Source of the DNA: Octopus sinensis
Taxonomy: Eukaryota
Reading direction: 5' to 3'
Assembly (NCBI RefSeq): GCF_006345805.1
Contig: NC_043005.1
Coordinates: forward strand, 97,154,001 to 97,218,000
Length of the DNA: 64,000 bases
The notes beneath the pieces were generated by a model. That model did not search any database. It had not been told where the DNA came from and worked only from the letters and a program-made list of their open reading frames with translations. Positions 46,401 to 59,748 of the stretch are shown here, one piece after another (position 1 is the first letter of the stretch; each line of letters opens with the position of its first letter). Position numbers and translations under genes: made by a program.

Positions 46401-46802
46401 TCATAATTTTTATTTTTCAAAATTAAGATAAGCAAAATTATTTTTAATCTAAAATATATTCGTTAGTTTCAAAGAAGAACCCGTGGATGTTGTAGCATGG
46501 AAATCTAGATTCAGTTACGGAGACAGCAACTGAGTATCGCCTGAAGAGATACATATAGATCTTCTTATACAGGTAAATCGTTGCATAATTCAATTTAAAC
46601 TTAACTTTAAATGTTGTATATACGAGGATCTGTATGTATCGAAACATTTGTAGCGATTAAAAAGCTGCCTAACCATACTTACTCTCCCTTTTGACTCTTT
46701 TACTTTTTACTTTATGTATGTATGTATGTATTAATCCATAAAATACCAACTGATTTTCACGTTTTATAATTCACAATTTTTACAATTTTACAATATTATT
46801 TT

Positions 46803-47185
46803 CTACTCTAGGCACAAGGCCCGAAATTTTGGGGAAGGGGGCCACTCGATTAGGTCGACCCCAGTACGCAACTGGTACTTAATTTATCGACCCGAAAGGA
46901 TGAAAGGCAAAGCCGACCTCGGCAGAATTTGAGCTCAGAACGTAATGACAAATGAAATATCTATTTCTTTACTACCCACAAGGGACTAAACACAGAGGGA
47001 ACAAACAAGGACAGAGAAACGGATTACTCGACCCCAGTGCGCAACTTGTACTTATTTAATCGACCCCGAAAGGATGAAAGGCAAAGTCGACCTCGGCGGA
47101 ATTTGAACTCAGAACGTAACGGCAGACGAAATACCGCTAAGCATTTCCTCCGGCGTGCTAACGTTTCTGTCAGCTCACCGCCTTA
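46803..47185 (-). mobile_element. SINE family B tandem dimer
   Basis: CGACCC(C)GAAAGGATGAAAGGCAAAG occurs twice, ~172 bp apart. Confidence 0.8.
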
Positions 47186-47756
47186 GCAATTATATTGAAA
47201 TAAACTAGTACCTTAATGCATTATGCAATCATTAGGTTTATGTAGTGAGAGTCGTGTTCCACAATTGCCAACTGTAGTGAAATGGTTAGATCTGTTCTTT
47301 AAGTACCCTCTGGTAGGCTCCAGCTGGCTGAATCTTTCCAGCTGTATTTTGGCCAATCAGTATGTGACTTAGATGCCATGGATTAGTGAATGCGCCAATT
47401 TGGTCAGCATTTATCCCGCTTTTTCAAACGAGATATTTTATTCAATTGGTTTGGGGCTTGGACATCACGGTTTGGTGAGCACGTCAAAGATTCTTTACTC
47501 TGAACGCACTTAAAGGAATTCTTGTTTGGCTATATTTTGGAATACTGTAAACAACATTCCTGTTTTAATTGAATTCTATTGTTATCATTTTTCAGAAAAT
47601 CAATGTTGATATGGTTAACATTCCTACCATTCTTACCATCGCCTTTATTATTGTTGTTGTTAGTGGTGGTGGTGGTGGTGGTGGTGATGGTGGTGGTATG
47701 GTAATAGCAGTAGTATTTATCATTATTATTATTATTATCATCGTTTTAATTATGTT

Positions 47757-47984
47757 TCTTTACTGCCCACAAGGGGCTAAACATAGAGAGGACAAACAAG
47801 GACAGACAAACGGATTAAGTCGATTATATCGACCCCAGTGTGTAACCGGTACTTAATTTATCGACCCCGAAAGGATGAAAGGCAAAGTCAACCTCGGCGG
47901 AATTTGAACTCAGAACGTAACGGCAGACGAAATACGGCCACGCATTTCGCCCGGCGTGTTAACGGTTCTGCCAGCTCGCCACCT
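47757..47984 (-). mobile_element. SINE family B
   Basis: Full reverse-complement match to family B. Confidence 0.8.
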
Positions 47985-48599
47985 TTCATCGTTTTAATTA
48001 TAACCGTTACTATAACTGTTATTATTGTCCATTTAAAACGGGTTTCAACTTAACAATGAAATTCTTTTCTTTGACTTTTCTCTCTACCTCACTTGAATTG
48101 TGTCGTTGGTAGAATGGGAATATTAAAAGCTTTTTCTGACCACATATTGCCAGATGGTTGCTTAAAGGGATCTAACGGACATCAGGTACGCGTACGTATG
48201 TGAGAGCGTGTGTGTGCGTGTGGATGGAGGTTGGTGACCTTGACGTGTGCGTGTGTGCATGTGTAGGTGTGTGGATGATTGTGTGGATGCTGGGAAGTGA
48301 TCAGTGCTAGTGTGTGCGGGGTGGTGTGATGTGGTGTGGTGTAGTATTGTAGTATGGTGGTGTGTGGTGTGGTGGTGTGTGGTGTAGTGTGTGGTATGTG
48401 TCTGGGGGAGGCGAGGGTGGGAGAAGCACGGATGGATTGGGTTGGGGTGAGAGTAGGTAGTGTATGTGGGAGGGGAATGCGTGGGATGGGATGTATAGAG
48501 ATGGTGGGGTGGGAATGTGTAGGGGTGGGGTAACGATGGAGGGGTGACGATGAAGGGAGAGGGTGGAAGGGAGAAGGTGGTTAGGTGTGAAGAGAGGAA

Positions 48600-49240
48600 A
48601 TATGTGTCAGAGCAAGAGAGGAGAGGTGGGTGGGAGTAAAGGGAGGAAGTAGGTTTGAGTGGAAGATGAGAGAGAAGGAAGGTCAAGGTAGTGTTGGAGT
48701 GTACGAAGCCCCTCGTAGTGAGGGATCACCGTGTATAGGCTCTTGATGTCAAGAGTAAAGAGAAGTTTAGAGGGGCCAAGAGGGAAACCACTAGGGGGTA
48801 AGGACACGGTCAAGATATCTGGAGATGAGTTGGGCGAGGCAGTTGCAGGCGGAGACGATGGAGCGGCCAGGGTTGTTAGGTTTGTGGATTTGGGGGAGGA
48901 AGTAAATTGTGGGGGTGCGAGGGACGCGAACAATGAGGTTAAAGGCGGTGGGGGAGACGGGAGGAGAAGATAAGGTCATGCATAGTGGAAGAAACCGTCT
49001 GTTGGTAGCTGGGTGTGGGGTTGGAGGGCAGAAGACAGTAGAAGAAGGTGTCTTGAAGCTGGCGGAGAGCTTCAGCCTTTTAGAGGTCCGCGCGCTACAG
49101 CAACACGGCTCCACCCTTGTCGGTCGGTTTTATGATGATGCCTTTGCGGCGTCGGAGACATCGAAGAGCCGAGAGTTCGGCTGGGGAGATGTTCAGATGT
49201 CGGGGACGCCTGGAAAAGTCAAACCGGTCCACAGCGCGAA
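48600..49240 (-). mobile_element. Decayed PLE reverse transcriptase fragment (GC-richer family)
   Basis: IIIKPTDKGGAV, YFLPQIHKPNNPGRSIVS, FTLDIKSLYTVIPH. Confidence 0.85.
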
Positions 49241-50029
49241 TATATAGTACGTGTGTTTATATGGCAAAAAAAAAATGACCGTCCCGAAATGTATATTCTT
49301 TTCTTTTAGCTGCTGCAGTCATTTGACTGCCGCCAAGCTGTTGTGAATATAATATAGATAATTTACTGTTCCGTTATTGGTGGAACTAACTAAAGAGTAA
49401 CCCATCTGGTGGGAGATAAATATCATTTAATATACACGAGATTTAAATTCGACCTAGTTTTAGTTTGGCGATGAGGAAACACAATAAACTGTCAAGATAG
49501 TGTAGCATGCCTTGCGTTTCTAAGCAATCTTTCAGACTCAATTATACAACATACATACATACATACATACATACATACATACATACATACATACATACAT
49601 ACATACATGCATGCATGCATGCATGCATGCATACATACATACATACATACATACATACATGCATACATACATACATACATGCATGCATGCATACATACAT
49701 ACGTATAAGATTCTAATAATCACCGATTATATATATGTACATATATGTGTGTGTATACATGTTTATACACACACATCCGCGCATACATACACACATACAC
49801 CCACATATATACATATGCACCTCCCTCATATATATATATATTGTAACCTGTGTATGTGTGTGCATGCCTACGTGTATGAATGAGGCTACTCGTACGCTTG
49901 CAGCCCAGCATTTGTAATCGTGAATAGTCATGTATATATGTGTACACACCCAACAGCATACTTATGTAGGCAGGTGTGCATATGTGTCTAATTAAAACTT
50001 GATTCACCTGTAAAATACATAGATCATGT

Positions 50030-50640
50030 CTGATTGTCTCTCTTACCCACGCTTTCAGAGATACTCTTTCACTATCTCACCTTATATTTGCGCCTTTCCT
50101 TTAACTCTCTCTCTCTCTCTGACACTCACTCACTCGAGCTGTTTTACTCTCCCTCTCTCTCTCTTTGTGCCCCTCTCTGTCTCTCTCACCCTCCATTACT
50201 CTCGCTCTTTCTTTCTTTCCCTTTCCTACCTTCTCCTCTCTCTTCTCTCTACCTCCCTTTCCATCTCCCCTACCTCCTTCTCTCTCTCTCATACTGTCTC
50301 TCCTTTTCTTTGTCTTCCTATCTCTCCCCTTCCCTCCTTCATCCTCCTTTTCCCCGCTTTTCGTCCCTTTACCATTCTCTTCCTACCTCTCGTCCTCTTT
50401 CTCCCGCTCCCTTCCTTTTCCTCTCCACTTCCCTCCCACTCACTCACTTCTCTCACTTTATCTTTTCCTCTCTCTCTTTCTCTCTCTCTCTCCTCTTCAC
50501 ATTATTAGTTCCTTATTTCCCTCACCCTTCTCCTTGTCCTCCATTTCTCTACTTTTTTCGTTCTCCCCTTTCACTCAGTCTTCAGTTGACTTTCCCCTCT
50601 CTCTGTTCCTCCCTTCTTCTACCCCTTTTCTCCTTTGTGG
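50030..50640. repeat. CT-rich low-complexity tract
   Basis: Direct inspection; explains the S/L/P/F-rich ORFs. Confidence 0.85.
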
Positions 50641-50697
50641 CTGAGAAGTTTAGACATTGCAGACCAAAAGACGGAAAAAAGGGAAGTGGGGAAAAAA

Positions 50698-51300
50698 ATG
50701 AATTTTGCAACTGCGGCTGCTGAAACAAGAGACGAGATTTCTTTTAAGAAGGTGGAGTTGAACAAATACAGGAAAATCCTGCGAAGGGTGGAGCACTACG
50801 TAAAAGTGACAACTCCAAGTGTAGTTACAAAGGACACACAAAAAAAGACATTAATATATAGAACATATAGTCTGGATGCAAAGAGAACGGAGATAGTGGG
50901 AAAACTACAAGTCGAGAAGGCTTTGAGGCCGATCTGGCAGGATTTCACCTACCTTGCCAGAGGGAGGACATACGCAACTGTGGAGGTGCGATTTGCATCT
51001 GAGGAGATGCAAATCGCACCTCCACAGCCTCTTTGAAAACAAACGAGGTAATACTTCTTCCTACTTACCTTGGAAGACGTGTTTCCAGGGTAAGAGTGGG
51101 AGAGATTGCCCTGGAGGTAGATGTCGCCTGGCTGGTGGCTGCAATATTGTTGGTTGTAGAAGAGAAGATAGTGCTCCTCCAAGTAATAAGAACACCACCG
51201 AAGAATTGACAATGGCAGACCCTGGAGATAATCATTCATGCTGCCTCGGAGAACCTTGAAAGAAATGTCATTATCTCACAAATGGAAATTGATACCAGAG
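50698..51300 (+). mobile_element. Possible LINE ORF1-like (RRM-type) remnant, frameshifted
   Basis: Complex ORF 50635-51036 (...TYATVEVRFASEE...) continues in another frame as VILLPTYLGRRVSRVRVGEI. Family assignment is by resemblance only. Confidence 0.35.
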
Positions 51301-52183
51301 GAATGCCATAAAATTTTAAAAGAATTTAACATGGACAACATATTAAGTGATTATCAATAATATTAATACGCCAATTTGTTTTTTCTGTGTACCTGACACG
51401 TGTGTCAAGCTTCAGAGAAAGAAATTGCTGAAATTTTGTTGCATAAATAAAAATCGTTAACTAGATCCCTTGTAATTTATAGGAAGATATTTGAAGCCAG
51501 CACCTATGTCTTGTATCACTACTTCTCAACACCGATGCTTACTGGATCACCGAAGCAGCAACGATCCTAATGAGAAAATTAAGACACTTAAATTTGACGC
51601 ATGTGTCGAGCAAGAGGAGAGGAAGTGAGAGAGAAAGAGAGAGTGAGAGGGAGTGGCTGACAGGTATTTGAATTCCTTTCTACTAGTGAACTGAAATTGA
51701 CCCATGGCTGTTAAAGGCCCAACCACACACACACACACACATACATGCACATTTCTTTTAGGTCTTCTACCCATCTGAATTCGGCCATGCACCAGATAAC
51801 ATGTTAAGTTTTATGTTCCGAAATTTAAATTTTGAATTTGTTTTAATTATAAATTTACACCTCATCTGAAAAACATCTTTTGGCTTTCGAATTCTACCTT
51901 TTCTTCCTATTGCTTTCTCTTTTGTTAAGTTACAATTTCTCTGGTCAGTATTTTTGCAATTTCTTTTTACTTGTATCAAGTAATAGACGAGAGTATTGAA
52001 AAAAAATAAATTCATAGAGCCGAACAAAATCAAAAATGTTAATTCTATTTTTCCCCTAACAAGAGCATAGTATGAGAGAGGTTTTGCTGTTATTTCTAGC
52101 AAACTGAACACCCACACAGAGTTGTTCAATTGGCTCATTTCTTGATGTGTATAAGTAAACAAAAAAACACATACACACACACA

Positions 52184-52220
<37 letters not shown>

Positions 52221-52689
52221 TAATAAATGTTGCGTGGTGGAAATAAACGCAACTTTCTCTTTCCATATTTTTGTTAAGTTAGAATTTCTGTTTTGGTCAG
52301 GGTTTTTCCAATTTTGTCTTTCTTGTATTAAGCAAAATTAAATTCATAGAACTGAATAAAATCAAAAATATTCATTGATTCTATTTTTCCCTTTACTTTT
52401 TACATTTGGTAGCAGCCGCGACTCAAAGACATTGATGATGAAAGAAGAATGCCTGATATGGTTTATGCAGACAAGCAGTTGTTGACAAAAAGTACAACGT
52501 AAAGAATAAATAAATAAAGGAAGATAGGAGTATAATGGCTTTTGAATGAGAGCTACTATAAAGTATGCCGAAGCCTTTGGCTGTTTTTTGCTCGGGTGGT
52601 CGGCCACTAAACCCTCTTCCCCACTTGAGTAGCTAATTACTTTTGTGAGGAAGGTGTTTGGACACCCAACAAGACCTCTTGTAGGGCAG

Positions 52690-52790
52690 ACGGGATCCCT
52701 GTGGATCAACGGTCACTCAATTGGGGAAAATCAATGGCAAACCACTCCAATATCTCTGCCAAGAAAACACTTCGAGAAAGAATGAAGTAA
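52690..52790 (+). mobile_element. RTE/BovB-related non-coding module
   Basis: ATGGCAAACCACTCCAATATCTCTGCCAAGAAAAC resembles the conserved RTE-associated motif found in Bov-type SINEs. Confidence 0.45.
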
Positions 52791-52934
52791 AGCTATGTCT
52801 TCATCCGATGATGGAGCACACGCTTGATCGGGAAGCCTTTCGTTGTAACGTCTTCAACGCGCTGCAAAAGCGTAGGATACATGACGACAACGAATACAGT
52901 AATTGGTGTGACACTGTGTGATACAGAATGACAT

Positions 52935-53140
52935 TCTTTTCTACTCTAGGCACAAGGTCCGAACTTGGGGGCAGTCGATTACATCGATCCCAATACGTAA
53001 CTGGTACTTAATTTATCGACCCCGAAAGGATGAAAAGCAAAGTCGACTTCGGCGGAATTTGAACTCAGAACGTAAAGCTGAAAGAAATCTCTCCAAGCAT
53101 TTCGCCTGGCGTGCTAACGTTTCTGCCCGCTCGCCACCTT
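52935..53140 (-). mobile_element. SINE family B
   Basis: Reverse-complement match. Confidence 0.8.
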
Positions 53141-53899
53141 AAATGACATTGTGACAAGGATGAGCCTTGAAATTACAGATAATATCTTTCTGACGGGTCT
53201 CTGGTATACGACACTATGGTACAAGTTTATAGTATACGACACTTGCCCAAAATGTCATACTGTGACATCGAACCTATGGCCTCATGGTTGTTCAAAGTTC
53301 ATTTAAACTGAACACCAGTACATCACTACTTTTTGTAATTGATATTATCGGTTCCCGGAGCAAAGCGACGAGCTGGCGGAAACGTTAGCACGCCGGACAA
53401 CATACTTGGAAGCATTTCTTTCAGCTTTACGTTCTGTGTTCAACTTCCCCGAGATCTATTTTACGATAAATTAGTACTAGTTGATCACTGGGAGTCAATA
53501 AGCGATTAGACTCCCTCCCAACAAATTTCTGGTCATGTACCTATAGTAGAAAGAATTATCGCTTCCTTTGGGTGGCGTGTCAGTCAAGAGCGACATCGGT
53601 GTAATTCGAACACAGTACGTGAAGGTTTTTAACTAAATGCCAAAATATTTTGTGCAACGCTCTCCTAATCACATTTTGTTAAAGTAACACTATTAATCAC
53701 GTTTAATTAATTCATCAAACTGGATGTCAGTTACGCGCTGCAGAAAGTATATTAACATATTTCTAATTATAGGACATAATTGAGTTTGACGATAATTATA
53801 ATTATCTTCAAAAGTGATATTTACTGTTAATTTATTAATCAGCTATCCGTTAACTAACATGTCTGCTGACACCATAAATGCATATTTAAAAACATGTAG

Positions 53900-53906
53900 A
53901 TATCTT

Positions 53907-53999
<93 letters not shown>

Positions 54000-54002
54000 T
54001 AT

Positions 54003-54045
<43 letters not shown>

Positions 54046-54133
54046 TTATATGAATGCTATATCTCGTTTACATTTAGGATATGTAGAATACCATATGTTA
54101 TATGTGTGTGAGTATACGTTATGTACGTGTGTG

Positions 54134-54166
<33 letters not shown>

Positions 54167-54606
54167 TTGAGTCTTTGTGTGTATGTGTGTGTATGCATTC
54201 ACCGTTTTTTTTTACATATAAGTGTTTCAGTACACAGACACACAGACACACACATATATATGCTTGTATGTATGCTCTATCTGTTTTACATTTAGGATAC
54301 GTAGAACGCGATAGGTTATATATGTGTGTGAGTATACGTTTATGTATACTCACACTTTACAATATAACCTATTGTAATCTACGTATGTATGCTCTATTTT
54401 TAGAGCATACATACAAGCATATATTTATATATATATGTAGCTTTGTTGGCCTACAAAGAAAAAGAAAAATATTTATCCACCAATGCGATGTTTAGCACGT
54501 TCTCACTGATGACATTTCAGTATATATATAATATATATATCTATGCATATATACATATATATATATATATATATACTTACATACATACATATATATATAT
54601 ATATAC

Positions 54607-54671
<65 letters not shown>

Positions 54672-54672
54672 C

Positions 54673-54755
<83 letters not shown>
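53900..54755. repeat. Long (TA)n/(TG)n-rich region
   Basis: Direct inspection. Confidence 0.85.
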
Positions 54756-54932
54756 TGTAATATCGATTAGTGAGAACAAGTGTTAGCACTGCATTGATGC
54801 ATAATTTTTCGGGGGGTTTTTGGGTTAACAAGGCTGCCATTTTTATGCCGACAATTCTCAGCAATTATCAAGCTTTCCACATGGGAGTTGATATCCGTGT
54901 CTATCTACACGCGTCTATCTTCACACACATAG

Positions 54933-54966
<34 letters not shown>

Positions 54967-55634
54967 TCATGTAGTTACAGCAATGTAGCAACACACGTGC
55001 TGTTGGCGATTTCTTTTCCTTCTTTGGACTTTTCCCTTTTCTCCTTCCCGACAAAGAGCCTACGCTCGAAACGTCAAACTCTCTCTTCTTGCCGAGCGTC
55101 AAGCTAATACTTTCCTTGTGCACGTCCTCTTGCAGTTCCTTAATTTTTTCGTTTATTTGAATTGATTGTGTGTGTGTGTGTGTAAGCGTGCGAGAGAGAG
55201 AGGGGGGGATTATGATTTTCTAGATATGAAAGAGATGTACAAGAGTGTTTTTGTATAGATATCTAGAGAGAGAGACCAGTCGCAAACACTGAGTAAAACT
55301 GAAAGGAGAATGTTTCGTTGTATGAATAAATATTAATATGCAGGTAAACTGGATATAATAGAAGTCAGATGTAGTGTGCGATGAAGGAGACTGCATTGCT
55401 ATGAGAATGTGATGCATGTGGGGAGGATGGCGAATGTATGCAATGATGCTTGATCGAAATAAATGGGACATGTGAAAGAGGGAAATCGAGTAAAATGTTT
55501 TGACTCTCACGGAGACAACAAGGGGCCCTGAGACCATTGGAGACACGTGACGTTTGAGATGTCCGACTTCTCGTGGAAGCATGGTGAAACGTACGTTAAA
55601 ATACAGGTAGCGATGGAGACTAAGATATTACACT

Positions 55635-55691
<57 letters not shown>

Positions 55692-55778
55692 GCATACATA
55701 TATATATAATGTATATACCTGTATATACATATATATATATACATTAATACATATATGTGTATGTATGTGTGTAACTCG

Positions 55779-55887
<109 letters not shown>

Positions 55888-56895
55888 TGTAATCTGGCTT
55901 GCCACCGTCCGTCTGTCTACTCCCACGGTCTCCTATCGCGACACATAAGTAAGCAGGAAATTTTTGTTGTTAGCTGATGAACTCCACTACTTTCAAACTA
56001 CTACTACTTTCAAACTACTAGTTATCACTCTGTATTTCATTCTCTCTTCCTTCCTTTCTTTCTCTCTCTCTTTCCCCAACTATAATTGCTTTTCCCCAGA
56101 TGAGAGGTGAATGATATCGATCACATCCTCTAATGTTGACCATTTCGAAGACTACTCATTACTGGCGCACTTTCTTACCAACATACAAGTAGATACCATT
56201 AATGTCCCTCTCCCATTCTCCTCACCCATTACTATCGCTTTTATTACACCCTATTATTACTGTCTCTCTTCCATTACTCCTGCTAATGCTCTCTCCTCCG
56301 TTTCTCCGTCCTCTCCAATCACTCTTTCTCCTTCATACCCTCACTTCTTTCTTCCTCTCTCTTTCGTTACTTTTCTGCAATTTCTGCTTCATTTTCTCTT
56401 CCGTTCCCTCTTCTGCTGGTCTCGTTACACTGAACAAACGAAGACAGCTGAGAATAATGCTGCTGTCATAATAACATGTATCCAGCACACCCTGTAAAGT
56501 GACTGACGAACGAGTGGAGGCAATGTATAATCAAGAGGGCCCTTTAGACTTATGTTGAGAACATGACAATCTTTCTAGTGCTTCCTAGCGGTTGGTGTTA
56601 AAAAGGCCACTGAATCATAAAGACCATGCCGAGGCAGAAAATACAACTGAGATTTAGTCTCCTAGTCCGTTCAGAAATCGTAGTAACTCTGAGTAAGGGC
56701 TCACTAGAACTGTGAAGTCCCGTCCAATACATACTTGCATGAAAAGTGGACGTAAAACATTGATATGTATGTGTGTATGTATATGTGTACACACAAACAC
56801 ACATACATGCACTAATATATACACACATGCACACATACATACACACACACACATATATATATATATATATGCATCTATATATATGCATATATATA

Positions 56896-56944
<49 letters not shown>

Positions 56945-57975
56945 TATATATATTATATATATATATATATATGCACACACATATCATTGCTTGATTACTT
57001 GAAATTATCTCCCTTCCTTAAGCTTTTTGGAGATCAAATGAAATTGTCGTTTGGTGTTTTGTTTTGCTTTTTTTCTCTAAAACCAAATACATCATTATAT
57101 CATGTAAGGTATTTAGTATAACTTCTCGCTGTCTGTGCCCTGAGTCAGAGCTTAAAAAACTTAGAAGCGAGATAACCAGGAGAAATACCCATCGAGATGT
57201 TTTCTTTTCATCCTTTTGGAGATCAATAAAAAAAAAGGTTACCAGTCCATTGTAGTGGATTGGTGGAATTATCAAAACATTGGACAGGGTGCTTTATAGT
57301 ATCTGCTTCACCTACGCTGCATTCAGAGTTCAAATCGCACCCTGTCACTGAAAAGTATGACCAACAGATACAGAATATCACCAATCTGAAAAACCAATGA
57401 AAAAGATTACTCTCCTTTATTGAGTCAGAAGATCAACTGCCACCGTCACCATCATCACCACCACCACATCACCACCACCACATCACCACCACCACATCAC
57501 CACCATCTATTTTTGAACTTGGCCACGAGCCATCATCTTTTAAACCCTTTGTACCAGTTTTCTATCTAATATCTACGTTCGCAATTATTGACTAAATTTA
57601 TTCATCACTTCACAGGTTTTATTCCGTTCCTTTCTTATATTACTCTCTAAATATATTTCACTATAAAGACTACTTCATAACATTTCAACATTATTCATAT
57701 GATGTTTCTATCTCAATATATTATATACTCCACAACTTGTAATTAATTGTATTTCATTACGTTCTCAGTTGCTGCTGCCATTTATCGCTACTATTGACAT
57801 TTTTCATTCTCTGTTGCCACCATGTTATCCTTACTTTCCATAAATGTTAATACCAGTCATTATATTTCTTCTTCTTCTCCTCCTCTTCCTCCTCCTCTTC
57901 CTCCTCCTCCTCCTCCTCTTCCTCCTCCTCTTCCCCCTCCTCCTCCTCCTCTCCTTCTTCTTCAGATCATTATTA

Positions 57976-58022
<47 letters not shown>

Positions 58023-58151
58023 ATTATTGTTGTTGTTGTTGTTGTTGTTGTTATCGTCCTCCACCTCCTCCTCATTATAATGGTAAAACCTACATCATTA
58101 TTTGTTGCCTTCACTATTATAATGATTCCATTAGAGTTATTAATAAGAATC

Positions 58152-58375
58152 CTTTCTACTATAGGAACAAGCCTGAAATTTCGGGGGATGAGTAAGTCGG
58201 TTACATCGACCCCAATACACAACTGGTACTTATTTTGTTGACTCCGAATAGATGAAAGGCAAAGTCAGCCTTTTGGAGTCGACAAAATAAATACCAGTTT
58301 AACACTGGGGGTAATGTAGTCGACTAGTCTTCTGCCCCAAAATTCTAGGCAGTACGCCTTTAATAGAAAGGATAT
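58152..58375. mobile_element. Two SINE family B 3' halves fused head-to-head
   Basis: Minus-strand half 58152-58268 joins a plus-strand half 58268-58375 at AAAGTCAGCCTTT. Confidence 0.55.
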
Positions 58376-58757
58376 CGTCCTCAAAGTCTTGAACTCTTGC
58401 ATTGTAGTTTGTCCGTCGATTTTACGAAGACCATCTAGTCATCCTGGGGTGGGGGTGGGCTTGTTTTGTGAGCCTGCAGATGGCTAGTGCTCTGTTCCAT
58501 GAGTGCTAATGATAACATGGAATCTGGTACAACCGGGATGTCGCCCGGTAAAGCAGCACTAGCACCAAGTTAGCCTGATGAGGATAGTTGCTAGAAACCC
58601 AGAAGGACTTTTAAAAAACAAAGACCCATCAAAAGGACTGATGATCCCAGTGTAGGTTCAACGACTATCAAGCAGTATCACGGGTATTCAAAGGTAACGG
58701 AGTGGTGTCCGGCATGCTGGAAGTCCACTGGGAGTAAGGTAACCCTCAGATGTTGAA

Positions 58758-58990
58758 GGCGGCGAGCTGGCAGAACCGTTAGCACGCCGGGCGAAATGCG
58801 CAGCCGTACCTCGTCTGCCGTTACGTTCTGAGTTCAAATTCCGCTGAGGTCGACTTTGCCTTTCATCCTATCGGGGTCGATAAATTAAGTACCAGTTACG
58901 AACTGGGGACGATGTAATCGACTTAATCCGTTTGTCTGTCCTTGTTTGTTCCCTATATGTTTAGCCCCTTGTGGGTAGTAAAGAAATAAG
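58758..58990 (+). mobile_element. SINE family B, full length
   Basis: GGCGGCGAGCTGGCAGAACCGTTAGC head with A- and B-box-like motifs. Confidence 0.85.
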
Positions 58991-59333
58991 TAACCCTCAG
59001 TTGTTGCCCAAGCATGTTTCTAAAAGAAGGTCCCTCCAGTATATAACTAGATATGCACAGGATGGCACTGACATTTTGCGGATCTTTTGCTTACGCTTGG
59101 TCACGGCACTTCCACATTCCTAGGCATGCGACCCATATTGGCACTAGATATCTTGCCTAGGTTTGTCTCTGGATAATATCAATAGGGTGGAAAGGCCTTA
59201 TTGGATCGAAAACTTTGCACATGTATTGTTTTGTCAGTGATGGTTATACTCGTCTACGAGTTGGCAACAATCATATATGTATGCATGCATGTATGTATGT
59301 ATGTTTGTATGTGTGTATGGTGTGTGTGTGTGT

Positions 59334-59388
<55 letters not shown>

Positions 59389-59748
59389 GTGATCAGAGGA
59401 TTCACGCACACACATACGCACACCCTTAAGTTGTTAACTATGAAAACTGTTGAAAAGAATACGCTTCGGGAGGCGGAGTGAAACGTCATACGAAAGTTCT
59501 GGAAGTCAATATTATAACACTTACAGCCAAAAGCGTCCATCCTCGCCACATTTGCACCGCAAATTTTGAGCTTGCACATTTTACTCTTCCACTTATGGAT
59601 TGTATATTTATAATGCGCGAATTAACTGGTTGATTTCTTCTGAAAACCTCCAGCTTATCTAGTTTGCCACCTTATTCACAAAGGCATTTATTCACAAAAT
59701 TCAAGGGCATCAAATATTAGTGGCATAAATTTGAATTTATAATTTAGA

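Noticed and set aside
58574-58610. CTGATGAGGATAGTTGCTAGAAAC hammerhead-like string
   Set aside because: Stem II does not close, and there is no NUH triplet or stem I pairing.
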